Positions 1 through 13,375 of a DNA stretch of 64,000 nucleotides are shown in pieces (within the stretch, counting starts at the first letter, position 1; each line of letters starts with the position of its first letter). The stretch lies in NCBI GenBank assembly GCA_020891255.1, contig BQFW01000002.1, positions 3,348,001-3,412,000 of the forward strand, given 5' to 3'. Made by a program: the position numbers and the translations under genes. The stretch comes from Entomortierella parvispora E1425. Taxonomy: Eukaryota; Fungi; Mortierellomycota. Under the pieces are notes generated by a model that saw only the letters and a list, made by a program, of their open reading frames with translations, did no database searches and was not told where the DNA came from.

Positions 1-2
1 TC

Positions 3-1526
3 GAGAGCGAGCTGTTGTTTGCCTACGCCAAGACTGGTCGCGTTGCCGATATGGAGGAGATCTTGAACGCACCCAATGTGGCTCAGGTCCAGGCCATTGG
101 TGACCGCTGTTACGAGGAAAAGATGTACGGTGCTGCCAAGCTCTTGTACTCTAGCATCTCAAACTGGGCCCGTCTTTCCTCGACTTTGGTTCATTTGGGA
201 GAGTACCAGGCTGCGGTCGACGGTGCGCGCAAGGCCAACAGCACGAAGGTCTGGAAGGATGTCAATGCCGCCTGTATTGAGCACAAGGAGTTCCGTCTTG
301 CTCAGGTGTGCGGTCTGTCTTTGGTTGTCCATCCCGAAGAGTTGGAGGATTTGATCCGCCTCTACGAGCATCAAGGCTACTTTGAGGAGTTGATGGCTTT
401 GCTGGAGGCCGGTCTCGGTTTGGAGCGCGCTCACATGGGTATGTTCACCGAGTTGGCCATTCTCTATGCTCGCTACCGCCCCGAGCGTATGATGGAGCAC
501 TTGAAGATCTTCTGGTCTCGCATCAACATCCCCAAGGTCATCAAGTCCTGCGAGGATGCCCATCTCTGGACCGAGCTCGTGTTCTTGTATGTCCACTATG
601 ACGAGTATGACAATGCAGCCATTACCATGATGAAGCACTCTGCAGATGCCTGGGAGCATGGCGCGTTCAAGGAGGTTGTTGTCAAGGTCTCCAACTTGGA
701 GATTTACTACAAGGCTCTTCGATTCTACTTGGATGAGCAGCCCATGTTGTTGAACGACCTCTTGTCAGTGATGGTCCCCCGCATTGACCACAACCGCGTC
801 ATCCAGATGTTTGAGAAGTCAGAAAACACACCATTGATCAAGAAGTACCTGGTCTCTGTCCAGTCCGTGAACAACTTGGCTGTCAACACTGCCTACCACG
901 CATTGTTGATCGAGGAGGAGGACTTTGAGCGTCTGCGCAAGTCTGTGGACACTTTCAGCAACTTTGACAACATTGCATTGGCCAAGGAGTTGGAGTCTCA
1001 CGAGTTGCTCGAGTTCCGTCGCATTGCCGCTCACCTTTACAAGCGCAACAAGAAGTGGAGACAGTCCATGACGCTCTCCAAGCAGGATCGTCTCTACAAG
1101 GATGCCATGGATACCGCCGCCGAGTCGAACGATACCTCTGTGGCCGAGGAGTTGCTTCAGTACTTTGTCGAGTCGGGTCACAAGGAGTGCTTTGCTGCCT
1201 GCTTGTACATCTGCTACGATTTGGTCCGCCCTGATGTCGTCCTTGAGTTGGCTTGGCGCCACGGTCTTCAAGACTTTGCCATGCCCTACATGGTCCAGTT
1301 CACACGCGAGTACGTGACCAAGGTCGATAAGCTCGACAAGGCTCACGAGGAGCGTGTGGCCAAGGAGAGCAAGGAGCACCAAGGGTCAGAGATGACCCCT
1401 ATCCTGGGTCCTGGCGGCTTGGGTAACAACAGGATGATCACGGCTGGACCAGGGATGATCCCACCCCAGCAGACTGGAATGAGCATGGCTGGTGTTGCTT
1501 ATGGTCAGAACAGCTACGGCTTCTAA
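3..1526 (+). CDS. CHC1: Clathrin heavy chain, C-terminal part (gene begins before the window)
   Basis: Open frame from the window edge. [46 protein letters not shown] and FAMPYMVQ match clathrin heavy chain repeats and the trimerisation domain. Stop TAA at 1524-1526. Confidence 0.97.
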   Translation, partial: ESELLFAYAKTGRVADMEEILNAPNVAQVQAIGDRCYEEKMYGAAKLLYSSISNWARLSSTLVHLGEYQAAVDGARKANSTKVWKDVNAACIEHKEFRLAQVCGLSLVVHPEELEDLIRLYEHQGYFEELMALLEAGLGLERAHMGMFTELAILYARYRPERMMEHLKIFWSRINIPKVIKSCEDAHLWTELVFLYVHYDEYDNAAITMMKHSADAWEHGAFKEVVVKVSNLEIYYKALRFYLDEQPMLLNDLLSVMVPRIDHNRVIQMFEKSENTPLIKKYLVSVQSVNNLAVNTAYHALLIEEEDFERLRKSVDTFSNFDNIALAKELESHELLEFRRIAAHLYKRNKKWRQSMTLSKQDRLYKDAMDTAAESNDTSVAEELLQYFVESGHKECFAACLYICYDLVRPDVVLELAWRHGLQDFAMPYMVQFTREYVTKVDKLDKAHEERVAKESKEHQGSEMTPILGPGGLGNNRMITAGPGMIPPQQTGMSMAGVAYGQNSYGF

Positions 1527-2172
1527 ACCAAAAAAAAAAAAACGGACGACGCGGAGCAGCCACGATAGCTCTTTGAAAGAACGACGTATTACTCTATCCA
1601 ATATGATGATAATGCACATTTTTGCAATAAAACACAAGTTACAAGTACATCTCGCTCTTGCACTGTTGGTTTCTGGTCTTTGGCATTGGGGAGGCAACCA
1701 GATGAAGGAGAGCCGACTTTGTTTTTGTCTTCAATCACGACATCACGACAGAAATGACTTTTTTTTTTGTTTTTTGTTTTTTTATATTTTTTTTTACTTG
1801 GTTGGGGGTGGTGCTATACAACGATGAAATATATAGGCAAACTCTGAAGTTTGGAGGAGGTGGAGTAGTTGACGGTGGTGCTGAGGAGGAGAAGGAGGAG
1901 GAGGGTGGTCCGTCCCGATGGTCCCGAATGGTATATGAAGGGGTGGGCCTTGGAAACAAATACAAACGCAAAACGAGCTTTCCTTCATGGGAAGGAAGCA
2001 CGCGCGATAAAAAAAAAAAAGAGAAGAAAAATAAAGAAGTAAAAAGTAAAGAAGAGAAAAAGGTAGAAAGGAAAGAGAAAGGGGGATGAGTGGGGTTGGG
2101 GGGTCGAGGGCCTGCCCTATTGTTTGTGGGGGGTTTTTTTTCTTGCCAGGTCCTTGGAAGGAGAGCGCTCAT

Positions 2173-4947
2173 CTAGAGTCCCTGCTTCAACAAGATGTTG
2201 TCAACAGTATGGTCCTTGCGGATGGCCTTCAACACCTCATCCGTTTGGAGCACAAGGCTCACATGGCGGAACCGTTGCTCCTTGGTCTTGTCCAGGGTCA
2301 CGATGCCAACAGACTCGGTCATTCCCAGCAAGTCATCGAATTCAGTTCGAAGGGCGGATCGGAAACCCTCCATCTTGAACGTGCGACAGATATGAGTGTA
2401 GTGCTCAAAGAGGTTGCCCACCTGGCAATCGGCCATCTTTCCAGACTGCATCTTGATCACCAGAGCCACCAGAATAATTTTCTGGTTGAAGTTCACTGAA
2501 TTCAGGGCTCGGCTCGTCACTGAACCCGAGGCGACTTCAAGAGCTCTGCGGATGTGGCCAATTGTCACCTTGGGGGCTTCCTCGATCGGCACCAACGTAA
2601 TGCCATCGCGCTCATCAGGCAACACTTCACCCGTGTTCTCATCCGTAAAGACACCTGGCGAGGAAGAGCGCGACGAAGGTGTACCTGCACGACGTTCGGC
2701 GCCACCGGGAATGTTGGAGCCTCTCGCTGCCTGTGCGGCCGAAATCTCCTGAAGGGGGAGACGTCGCAGCTTGGTCACCTCGCATGCGCGCTCCTTCTTC
2801 TTGGCCTCTTGCTCCACCAACTCCAGCGACTGTCGACAGATATCCAACGCTCTTCTCAAGTCGCCATTGCCGGCCGCCACTTTGCGAGCGCACATCTCGA
2901 TGGCTCTTGAATCAATCAGAGGTGCAACACGTGCCTTTGTTGTTTCCATCGCGGTGTTGCCCGACGCGTCGACCTCTGTCTGAACGGAGCCCAGGGAGAG
3001 CAGGCGGGCCTTGATGATGTCCTGGATCTGTTTGACATTGTAGGGGTTGAAGCTTGCAACTTTGGGTTCGCAACCCTTGGCCTTCAGGCGGGGCAGCAGA
3101 CGCTCCGTCATATCAAGTGCGTTCGCGATGCCAATCAGAGTGAACCTTGATCCCTTGGCACTGGCCCATTGGAATAGTTTGTACAGAACTTCTTGATCTT
3201 TGGTGACAAGCTGGTCGATCTCATCGAGGATTGTCACACTATTGACGAAAAAAAAACAACGGGGGTAAACAAAAAAACAAAAAAAACCATCACAGTTGGT
3301 TGGGGTGAATTAGAATGGTTTCCAAAAGTTACGTGAGCCCTCTTTCCCGCCCCTGCCTCGTCTTGCCCCCCTCTCCACTTTTTCCGAGGATCGTGCAATT
3401 GTGCGTGTGCGGAGGCTTTGAGATATAGGCGAATAGGAAAAAATCTGGTGCAGTAAAGGATCAAGACTTACAACATGGTGTTCTTCTTGGGATCAAGCAC
3501 AAGCTTCTCGAGGGCCAGCAGTGCGGCGTCCTTGTCCGTTGCATTAGCAGTGTAGCCCAACTCCTCGAGCATTTTTTGGTAGACGAACCGAGGATCCTTG
3601 ATGGCCATACAGTTGATGTTTGCAACCTTGACTTGATGTTTGGCCTTCAGTACCTCGGGTTCCATCTTTCGCATGATTTCCTTCAAAAGTGCAGTCTTGC
3701 CAGTGCCAGGCTGACCAGAAATGTACAAAGATCCGGCATTGAGGCTCAAGATGTGCTCCTCGTAGAACGATTGGATCTTTGCGCGTTCTTCATCACGGCC
3801 CACCAAATGATCTGGTTCTGTGCTTCGACGGAAGAGTGCTTTGGCTTCTTGGTAGTAGTTGACGACAGTTGGCTGCTCTGTGGCAGTAGATGCAGACCGC
3901 GAGACATTGGCATTACCACTAAGCGATCTGGACAAGGCAGGCTTGACCCCGAGTTCAGCATTGGATTTTGAGCGAGCTAGGGATGCAGGCGTAGAGTAAC
4001 CAGATTGCACTTTGCTCTTCAGGACGTCCTTGGAAGCCACTGGATCTGTTTACAGGGGAGGGGGAAGGCGTTCCAAAACAGAAGAGGGTGTTGTTATGTC
4101 AGATTCAATGTGCAGTAACAATCTATGTTCATCCTTCTCCACCCCAGATTGTTGAACAAAAATAGGGAGAGAGAAGACCGAGGACAACTTCAAAAAGGGA
4201 ACGCAGGCTAGCAAAGACCAAGGGGAGCTGCAACAAGTTACAGGGGAGAGGGTAACAAAGGAGAAGGGGCAGAGTAGCAGAACAGAAGAGGACGATGTTC
4301 TGTGAACGAGATAGACGTGTACGCGTATTCCTCATACCATTGATCAAGTTGAGGGTCCTGTTGAGCGCTGGCGTCAATCCAGTGCTGTTGTTGCTGCTGC
4401 TGTTGCCCTTTCTGAGTTGGGCCTTGTCGGAAGAGGGGGTCATTTGAGGGGTTAGAATCCCCCTTCGCCTGGTGGGAGTGCTCTCCAGTTGGTGGCTTGT
4501 CACCATTTTGGTTCTGCTGCTGCTGCGAGTCGGTGTCAGCGGAGGCGTTGGCGGGCCGTCGTTCTCCTCGCCTGACGAGTAGTCATAGACGGGTGCCTGC
4601 CGGGAGCGTCTGCGTGTGGGTGATGGGGGTGCGACTAAAGGGGGCGGGAAGGGGAAAGGAATTGGATTTGAAGCAGTATAGAACAAAAAAAGGTGGACCA
4701 TAGTAGCAGTGTGTGGTTTGAAGGAGAGGCAGAAAGTGGCATATAGAGACGAATGGAATAGAAAACACGACCGAAGACAGAACAAAAACAAGGCAGTTAG
4801 TAACTGACTGACCAGGACGACTGCAACCTTGAGCGGCTCGTTCAGAGATGAAGTATTAATCTAATGGGCAAATGGGCACTTACCGGCACCAAAGTCATCG
4901 ACGTCGCCACGCAAGGCCAGAGTACGCTTCCTCAACATTTGGGTCAT
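2173..4947 (-). CDS. CDC6: Cell division control protein Cdc6/Cdc18 (AAA+ origin-licensing ATPase), multi-exon
   Basis: Walker A GQPGTGKT, Walker B ILDEID, IGIANALDMT and GDLRRALDICR. Exons 2173-3238 and 3472-4045 join in phase through GT-AG introns; the next exon ends at 4338. The ATG at 4947 (MTQMLRKRTL) is inferred from short 5' exons and is less certain. Confidence 0.92.
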
Positions 4948-5347
4948 GTTCCTCGGCAGAGCAACTCGGTCAGGGGTCGAGAGGAGATGAAGAGGATGGG
5001 ATGAAGCAGGAAGGAATAAGGATCAGAGTAGAGGGGGGTTCAGGCAGGGATAGAGGGAGGGAGGACGAGGACGAGAGGCAGGGATGTGCAGCAGGGATGA
5101 TACAATGCAGACACAGATGGAAGGTCAATCACCAAGTGCTTGGGAATACGATGAGAGAGAAAAGAGGGCGAGGAAGAGAGCACCGGTTTGGCTTTCTCGG
5201 CCATGCAGCGTGTGCTGGCTGGTGCCTTGTAGCAGTCCAAGGCAGAAAAAAAGAGTGTCCGCCCACCAGCCATGTAAACTCGACCAGCCCAGGCACACAC
5301 ACAACACGCAAATATTTTGGTTTTTGATTTCTTTATTTCCATTCAAG

Positions 5348-5353
5348 ACGCGT
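5348..5353. promoter_or_regulatory. MCB-like element ACGCGT upstream of CDC6
   Basis: Exact MluI box about 400 bp 5' of the inferred CDC6 ATG. CDC6/cdc18 are classical MBF targets in yeasts. A 6-mer can occur by chance. Confidence 0.35.
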
Positions 5354-5406
5354 TTGTGACGTGCCACTGGCTTGGAGATAACGGTAACGTGCTAGGGTCA
5401 CGTGCT

Positions 5407-6938
5407 TTAAGCGGCCTTGCGGCGGAAGGAGCAGCCTGGAAGGAGAACAACGTGTGCGTGTCAATGTCAGTCAGTCAGTCAGTCAGTCAGTCAGTCAACC
5501 ATGCCCCATGTCTATCTCTTTCTGGCCTTCTGTCTCGATAGACACATCTCTCACACAGATGATCAATGAATACAATCTATAACAACTTACCCTCAGTCAA
5601 GCGGGTGATACCTCCGGTGGGCTGGGCAAGAACGTTAGCGCAGCTCGAGCACATGACAACAGTCTGGGCGTGCGAGAAGACGGTGGTGATCTGGACGCAT
5701 CCCTATAAGACACCCAACAGGTAAAAAGCAACCATAAAGAGTGAGTACATGGAATCTTTTCAGAACTTGGTGGGAACTGGCCTCCTCTGCCTCCTCTTTT
5801 TTTTTCTTTTTTTTCTCCAGTCCAGAATTTGACAAGTCTTCAAGCACTGCTGATCATGGCAGGATGTGTCATTCCGAGAAATATACGCGTGGTGCCATTT
5901 GTTGCAGTTTGTCGGCAACAAAGAGGCTGAACAGCCAAGAGGACTTTTTCGGGGGAGAAAGGAAGAGCATTGAACCTTTAAACTGCTGTCGTTGAGGCTG
6001 CACGAATTGCTCGATTGAAGTGTCCAAGTTGTTGAGTGTAGATTGGTCGAGTTCGGGAGATCAAGGACATGTGCTTGTCTACTTTCGAAACAAAGGCTCC
6101 ATTTGCATTCTCAGCAGGATAGTCCTTGATCCTTGCTGCTTTACTGCGGCAGCTGATTCCTGAATGCCCCGTTATCCCAAACTGTCCAAATTGATAACAA
6201 TAGCAGGTGCTCTCCTTTCTCTGTCTGTCCTGTTGGTGAAACTTACAGGGCACTTGACGTCCATGAAGTAAGAGTTGGGAGACTGTACGAGTCTCTTCAA
6301 CTTGTGAGTCTTCTGCTCAAGAGCGTGGGAAGGGTTCAAGAGATCAACAGCCAACTAATTGCATAGATGGACAGAGAAAGATGTTAGATTCATCTGCCAT
6401 GCATCAAGAAAGAACCGAGGTTCGGAAGATGTTGCTGGATTATTTCATCCTGTCCCTGATGATCCTGCACGGTCCGCGAAACATCTTGTGCATTGGCATA
6501 GCCCATCCCGGCTAATCTGCAGACATGGTCACTTCACTTTTGTGTTTCTGCAAACACTAACGGGTGGCGTGCTATTTTGTCGAGATTGGTGATGCACCCT
6601 AGACCTTCCATAAGGATCATAGTTCCACCATGCAGATTTCCAATATAATGGGTCCCAGATGTGTCCTCTGGAATTGCGGATCCTTCAGGTCAACCAGAGT
6701 TCAGCTGAACTAAATGACAATAGCCTCCCCATGCATCCATCATCTTTCCAACTGCCGTGACCTTCCAAGCAATAATTGTGTGGTCGAATATTCCTCTGAC
6801 ATCCTCTGACATCGATTTGTTGATGGTTTCTGTCCTGTAAAGTGTAGCAACATCGAGATATCCTGATCGATGGTTCCTGCATGGTCATGGATGGACGGAT
6901 CCAAAGGATCCGCATGGTCGGATCACGTGACGCACCAT
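5407..6938 (-). CDS. RPS27: 40S ribosomal protein S27 (4 exons, first exon is ATG only)
   Basis: Spliced peptide LAVDLLNP...SYFMDVKCP / [31 protein letters not shown] / GCSFRRKAA*. Stop at 5407-5409. ATG at 6936-6938 in ACAAGATG|GTGCGT context (inferred). Confidence 0.93.
5466..5497. repeat. (GTCA)8 microsatellite in the last RPS27 intron
   Basis: Eight perfect GTCA units read directly. Confidence 0.9.
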
Positions 6939-7479
6939 CTTGTATCGAGTGAAAGGGAGAGAACTGATTCGACCCCGCAGACATTCAATAAATCAACCGA
7001 AAAAGCCACCCAAAATGATCGTGCACGGGCCACTTTCGTGATTTTCCCTATTTTTTTTTAAGGGAACAGAGAGGACCATTGGCGATCCTTCCTCAGGAAC
7101 GAGGAGTGGCGAGGCCGACGGTTGTTGGACTGAAGTTATCGATAGAATGGCAGATAGTGGGCGATGCTTGGGGTGAGCCACGGCAGCTTGCCTCAATGGC
7201 CAAACAGTTGAATCCAGGCTCACTAAATGGCGGTCGACCCAAACATTTTCCTTGGCACCAGGCTACAGATCAGACCAGTCCTTCAACTGAGATACTCCCA
7301 CACATGGCCATATCCAGATATCTTAGAACCTACTGTATCAGAATGGTCGTCAGATTGAAAGGATTCATATCTTTATAGAAATTCATATTGAAGCATTAAA
7401 CAGCGGTGAAGGAATTGGAGGAGCTAATGTACAAGGATATCATGGGGGGAAGAAAACGGAAGCGAAAGGATAAACTATT

Positions 7480-10400
7480 TTAGAACGGGATATTCTTCTG
7501 CAGGTCCTTTGGGAGCCACTGCTGGAAGACCAAGGGCCCGACAATCAGCATCACAAAGACCACAAATAGCATTCCAAACAGCAACCCATATGTCCAGGCA
7601 ACCGTTCTCCTTTGTGATCTTAACTTTGCAGAGAAGATGGGCGGACGGATCTGTTTGCTGGGTCGCAGCCAAAACAGCATGGTCGAGTGCCATCGATCCA
7701 CCCATGGGATCAAACAGATCGGGAACAGGATGAAAAGAATAACATGGCCCATGACGAAGTCACAGGCAAACATCGACATCTCAATAATCTTGCAAACGTA
7801 TTCGCGCAACGGCTGAGAGATTGCATGGAATCCCAATCCGCGGCCGTGCCATTTGCCAGTCCACCAAGCCCGGTTGGTTTCGTCATGCTTGAACTCGCGC
7901 GTGAGGAAGAAAGTGATCAGGACCTTGAAAATGAACCGTTGGACAGAGATGGCGGCAATCACACCCAGAACAGCATGTGAAAAGTTCCAAGCCTCCAAAG
8001 CCCAGAGGACCTCAAAGAACGCGATCAAGGACAAGACTGAGAATGCGTGGGCAGTTGCGGCGATGATCGACCCGAATTTTACACAGCACATGTTCATGAA
8101 AGGTCCCAGAAGGATCGAGATACCAAAGAGAGCCACCAAGACACCGGCGTTCAGGGCCATGGGTCCTACCGCAAAAATGGCCACACGAAGCAATCCGCTG
8201 GTGTAGACAGCCACCCCTTGGTCGTTGAGATCGTTCGGGAAAGATCGAACAAACATATAACAGATCACACAAGCTGCCATCTGGAGCATCGGAAAGATAA
8301 TCTCAGAGACGACGATGACCCAGAAGTTAGCCTTGGGAATATCTCCGCCTAGCTTTTCAGATGGATGACCGAGACGTTTGCGTTTGTAGCCGGTGATCCT
8401 TGTTCGGAGTGTGCGACAGTACGAGATCCAGGAGGAGACGTGGGTCCTTGAATTGCCTCGAGAGAGCCATCTCAGGAACTCGCGGTAGTCCAGCAAGAAG
8501 TCCGTGAACGAGAACTGATGTGGATTGAACAAGAACGGCGAGATCACAAGAGCCAGGACAGAGACCCAGAAATAGATCAAATGTGGGACCCACATTGTCA
8601 GAGAGGCAAAGAGCAACATCAGCAGCGCTCTCATTCCAAGGTACAACGAAGGGCCGGCGAATCGAGAATAGAGCAGTGCGAAAGGGGTTCTAGTTGTCGC
8701 GAATCCACGCCCGGTGGCGATATAACGGGCTCCTCCGAAGGACAAGTTGGTCAAAATCGAGTTTGTGTAGATCTGGGTAACAAACACCTCGAACAAGGGC
8801 GAGAGAGACATGAAATGCTTGCCCAGTCGGATGATGCTCCTCGCGAATCCACGTTCCATAAACTCTTGCAGGAACAAGGGGAGGAATGCAATGAAGAATA
8901 CGATAAAGATCGAGAGCACACAACGTTTGATCCAGTCGTAAACGGGAATCAAGTTCACGCAACCGTCATCTGCAATATCCGAGCAGATTTCGACGGAGGA
9001 AGCCATCGAACCAATGAACAGCATCGAGAAGAGGAACAGCTGGACAGACAACATGATGAAGATGTTGTTGATGTGGAATCCTGGATGAGCGTAGTAGAAG
9101 GTGAGGAATCGATCCAATGGCAGCTGTGTTCCGAGGTAGTAGTACTCGCGAGACAGCATTTGCTCTCCCATGCCGGTACCGATCTTGGTGTTAAAGTTGA
9201 GGATCGATCCAAATCCGAGATCACGGCCCTTGCCGCACTGGTAGTATTCCGTGTGCTTGATGCGACCACCTCGGTTGAAGGCTGTCATACCAGCATAGAT
9301 ATCCTCGTTCAAATGAAGGCCCTTTTGAGCTTTGCTGACACCTAGTTTTCAAAAACCAAAAATGTTTTTTTTTGTCAGACCAACATCTTCGGGATGATTT
9401 CAAAAAAAAAAAAAACAAAAAAACACTCACCTCCACGGGTAGTCATGTAGATAAAGTTGAGGAAATCAGGATGTCCATAGTGCAGCTTGCCACCAATCTT
9501 GGCCATCATTCTTTGAGTGAGGGTTCCAAAAGTCTGCTCCTTGCCTGCTGCGACATCTCCTAGCACTCCAATGTTTTCAGAAAAGATATACTCGCGCGCA
9601 CCAACAATCGCAACTGGCTCGGCCACATCCTTGGACTCGATCTGGGGAGAGTACGGTGAGACACCAGGCATGTGGAATTGCTCAAACTCGCCCAATACGT
9701 TCCTGATCTTCAGTGCCTCCTCAAGATAGTTGTCCTGGTTGGCATCAATCAGTTGGATGTACTCTCCTCGGGTGAAGATGATGGAGTGGTTCTGGTTGTC
9801 CGACTTGCCATCACCGAGGATAGGGTTGCCTGGAAGACGAACTCTGAATCGGGGCTTGCGCTTGCCGTCGGGCATCATCTCGCACTGCCCATCGATCAAG
9901 ACAGAGTAGACAATGGGCTCCTCGCCTTCTGCCTCAGGAGGTCGCTCATCCAAGTAGGCAATTTGAAGATGAGGATACGCTCGCAGCAAAAACTCTGCAT
10001 TTTCGGCCTCCTCCTTGCTGAACTTTGTGTAGCGTTGCATCGAGACCACAAACTTGAACTTTTGATGGGAGAGTCGGTCCAGTTCGCGCTCCAGACGATC
10101 ACCGTTGCCACCAAACTGTTGAACGACATCTGGGTTCTCGATCCTGTAAAGAAGTTTGATCGCCTTGGAGTAGTTCATGAATCCAGAAACTGTACGGTAC
10201 AGAGTTTGAGCTCGGAGTGAAGCCCAGATACGGGTACGAAGGGTGTACTCTGGCGCAGCGGATTTGAAGCCGATGCAGTAGAAGGGCAAATCGTCGTTCT
10301 TGGACTTGGTCATGGATCCGTCCTTCTCGTTCTCACCAGAGAGTCCGAGACCATTGGAGCTACCAAACAATGTCGATTCCTCTGCTAGAATCTTGGTGTC

Positions 10401-13375
10401 TCTGACAAAGTTGTCCCACTCGACTGGATGAAGTTGCTTCAAGTATTCGAGCAGAGTCACCCTTGTGTTCTGATCTTCCTCTCTGATGATCTCGCGAAGG
10501 GACAGCAGAGTCTTTTCAGAGTAGTGAGGAACGAGCACAGTGAAAGTTGGCATCTGGTCCACAGGCAATGGCTCAGGGATGGGCGTCGACAGAGACTGGG
10601 CAAAGAAGGTGATACGACGCTCAGCCTCTGAGTGTTGAGGATAGAACTCGGCTTGAAGGGATGCATCCTCCTGGGCGACAAAGAACGTTGGGGCCTTCAA
10701 CGTGCGCTTGTGTTCATTCTTTTCAGATGGAACCTGCTGGTAAAGAAGCCTCTGGACATGCTCGATCGACAGCAGATGCTCACGGTACATGGAAATGACA
10801 ATCGCGTTCCAGACTTGGGAGCAAAGCACCTTAGGTTTGTACTTGACATCCATGTCCGCGGTGGCCAGCAGTTTCGCATAGATTCGTTTGGGCAGGCGTG
10901 AAAAGATGTTGCGCCATGGAGTCCAGATCGAGATTCCGAGCTTGAATGACTGGAAGACTGAGAAGACAGTATTCCAAATCACATACCACAGATACGTGTC
11001 CAAGAAGAACAGGGAGAGGTCCACAAAGAACATGATGATGACAGTGAAAACCGGCATGATCGTGCAGAGCGACTCGCCAATGTACTTGTCCTTGCAGCTC
11101 GGGATACGCTCGGCGTAAAGTGCCTTGAGAGGGTCCTTGAAGGATCGAGCCAGGAAAAAGTAAGATTCGATCAACTTGCAAGTGAACACCAAAGTCCAGA
11201 GGAAGAAAGACAAGGCACGATCAGACCGGTTCAGCTTGGGAAAAGAGGCGGTAAAGGTCTGAGAAGCAAGGTTCTTGCGAGTGGTCTTTGACCCTCCTCC
11301 AAAGAGCTGGTTCGAGGGAACGATAGCAAACACCAAGGTAGTGATCAACGAGATGATGAATTGGACAATCCCTACAACCTTGGATGCCGTTCCGACACGA
11401 CTGAAGAAGCAGACATAGACGGATGGACCAGCGTTCACCACAAAGACCAGGGTGAGGATGATCAACCTTCGAATCAACATCGACGAGTTGGACCAGGTGA
11501 GCGGAATGAACATGAATTCGCAAAAGACTCCCAAAAGCATGAACAGTGTGGCAAGGGCTCCTCCGAGGGCTGTCACCGACCATTGTACACCAATATCATC
11601 AACTTCCTCGTCCATGTACAGGAAAGGGGCGTTGTAGGCGGTGAAGTACCAAAATGAGACGACGTGGATGATCCAGATGCGGGTAAAGTTGACGGCTAAA
11701 TGCAACCATGTGCGCTTTTCGATATAGGTCTTACGGAAAGCCGATTCCCAATTGACTTGTCCAAGAACGGTCCAACGCTTCCCGATGTGCACATCAACCA
11801 ACCGAGTCTTATCATTCAGCTGAATGCGCTCGATGCCCTCAGGACTCCAGAATGCTTGGTTGATATCGTCATATCCAATCACGGCGTTGTGGTCCCGCTC
11901 ACGTTTCAGATACTTGCCGCCTTGGACTTCGTACGACTGATCTCTGATGAATCTGTAGAGTGGAGTGACAACGGTGCGCAAGTACTCTCCCTCGGGGACT
12001 GGGTTGACCATTTGCTGGCACTCCTGAGAGGTGTAGAAGTCTTCGGCGCACTTGTAGAGGAAGCACAGGCACTCGGGCAAGAATCGAATTTGAGAAGCTT
12101 CGCCCCAAATCAGCATGTAAAGAGCCACTTGGCGAGCGCGATCGAAATGGGACATCTGATTCATTCTCGACTTCCAGTGCTCCTCTGCCATGGCCAAGTT
12201 TTCGTGTGCCTCCACGTTGACCGCTCCTGGTTGAGGTGCCATAGAGTTCCGGTTCACCTTCTTGTCCTTGCCTGGTGCAGAATGGTATCCCATATGATCA
12301 TCCAGGTCGAGCTGGGCTGCAAAGTACCACTTGCGGTAATTGGCGTGCTCACCACCGATATAATCAGAGTGCAGGGTCGTCAAGGCCAGAGCAGGGTTCA
12401 TACGAGAGGCTCTGGAATCAAGCATGGTCATGTATGCCTCAAACTGATTTTTCATGTTGTCTTGTTGGAAACCGAATTTTCGAGTCAGGTCCAACATGAT
12501 ACCCTCAATCCCCTCTGTTGTGATTGGTACTTGCTTTTCAATGGTCCATGCTGGATATGGGTTTGTGGGGATTTGATTGTCCACGTAGTCATTGCTCGTG
12601 TGTGAGTTTGGTCGATCGTACTGATAGTGAGGTCCAGCAGGTAGACCTCTCTTGTTTTCGAGCAACGACAATAGAGCATCTGAAGAAGGAGCGTAGCCAG
12701 TATAGCGACCATCATCAGGACCACGAAGAGGGCCAAAGAGGTCAATTTCTGAGCCCGCGTTTGGCGAAGATCGAAAGTTATCAGAGCGAGAGGAATAAGC
12801 CTCGCTGTATGTTTCCGAGTCACGGTAGCGGTATGCTTCTCTGGGGTCTACAAGGTTGCCCAGATATATTATCAGTAAAACATCCTTCAAGGATTACAAA
12901 AAAAAAAAAAAGGGTGAAAGGAAAAACCTTCCAAACCTTTAGATACGTTACCTCCACTTCTACTTCCACGAGAATCTGGAGATCGGTGAACCAGCGGACT
13001 GTGCGAATGTGAGGACAACCTAGTTTCCCGACGCTCTTCTTCTGAGTCAAAGTTGGGGTCTAGCGAGTATGAGTATTGTTGTTGCTCGTGCTTTTGGGCG
13101 CCGTACTGGTGTTGCGAAGGCGACAAGTGTGTATGGGACGGCGGCTGCATGTCTGTTTCATTGTATGCTGATGGGGCGTGCTGTAGACTTGTCGGCAGAC
13201 CGGACATCGGAGGAGACATTCGCTGGTTTGCTGAGTATTGATGATGGTAGGCCTGCTGCTGCTGCTGTTGTTGTTGAAACTGCTGTGGTGGGGAAGTGGG
13301 CCGGCCCTGTCTTCTCATAGCAGGCGAGGCGCGCGCGGACGACGACGCCTGATCCTGGTCTGATGTGTTCATCAC
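7480..13375 (-). CDS. FKS1: 1,3-beta-glucan synthase catalytic subunit (GT48), 3 exons
   Basis: Motifs RVALYMLIWGEA, EAERRITFFAQSL, GNPILGDGKSDNQNH, IDANQDNYLEEALKIR, HYGHPDF, NEDIYAG and KIGTGMGEQMLSREYY. Exons 12952-13375, 9431-12847 and 7480-9341 with GT-AG introns. Confidence 0.96.

Noticed and set aside
6923-6930. Recurrent TCACGTG motifs (also near 5398, 37003, 42224, 43285)
   Set aside because: A common bHLH E-box with no consistent positional pattern.
7180-7210. GAATCCAGGCTCACT, resembling the RNase MRP/P CR-V motif
   Set aside because: No matching CR-I/P4 partner was found upstream. The region is the FKS1 3' flank.
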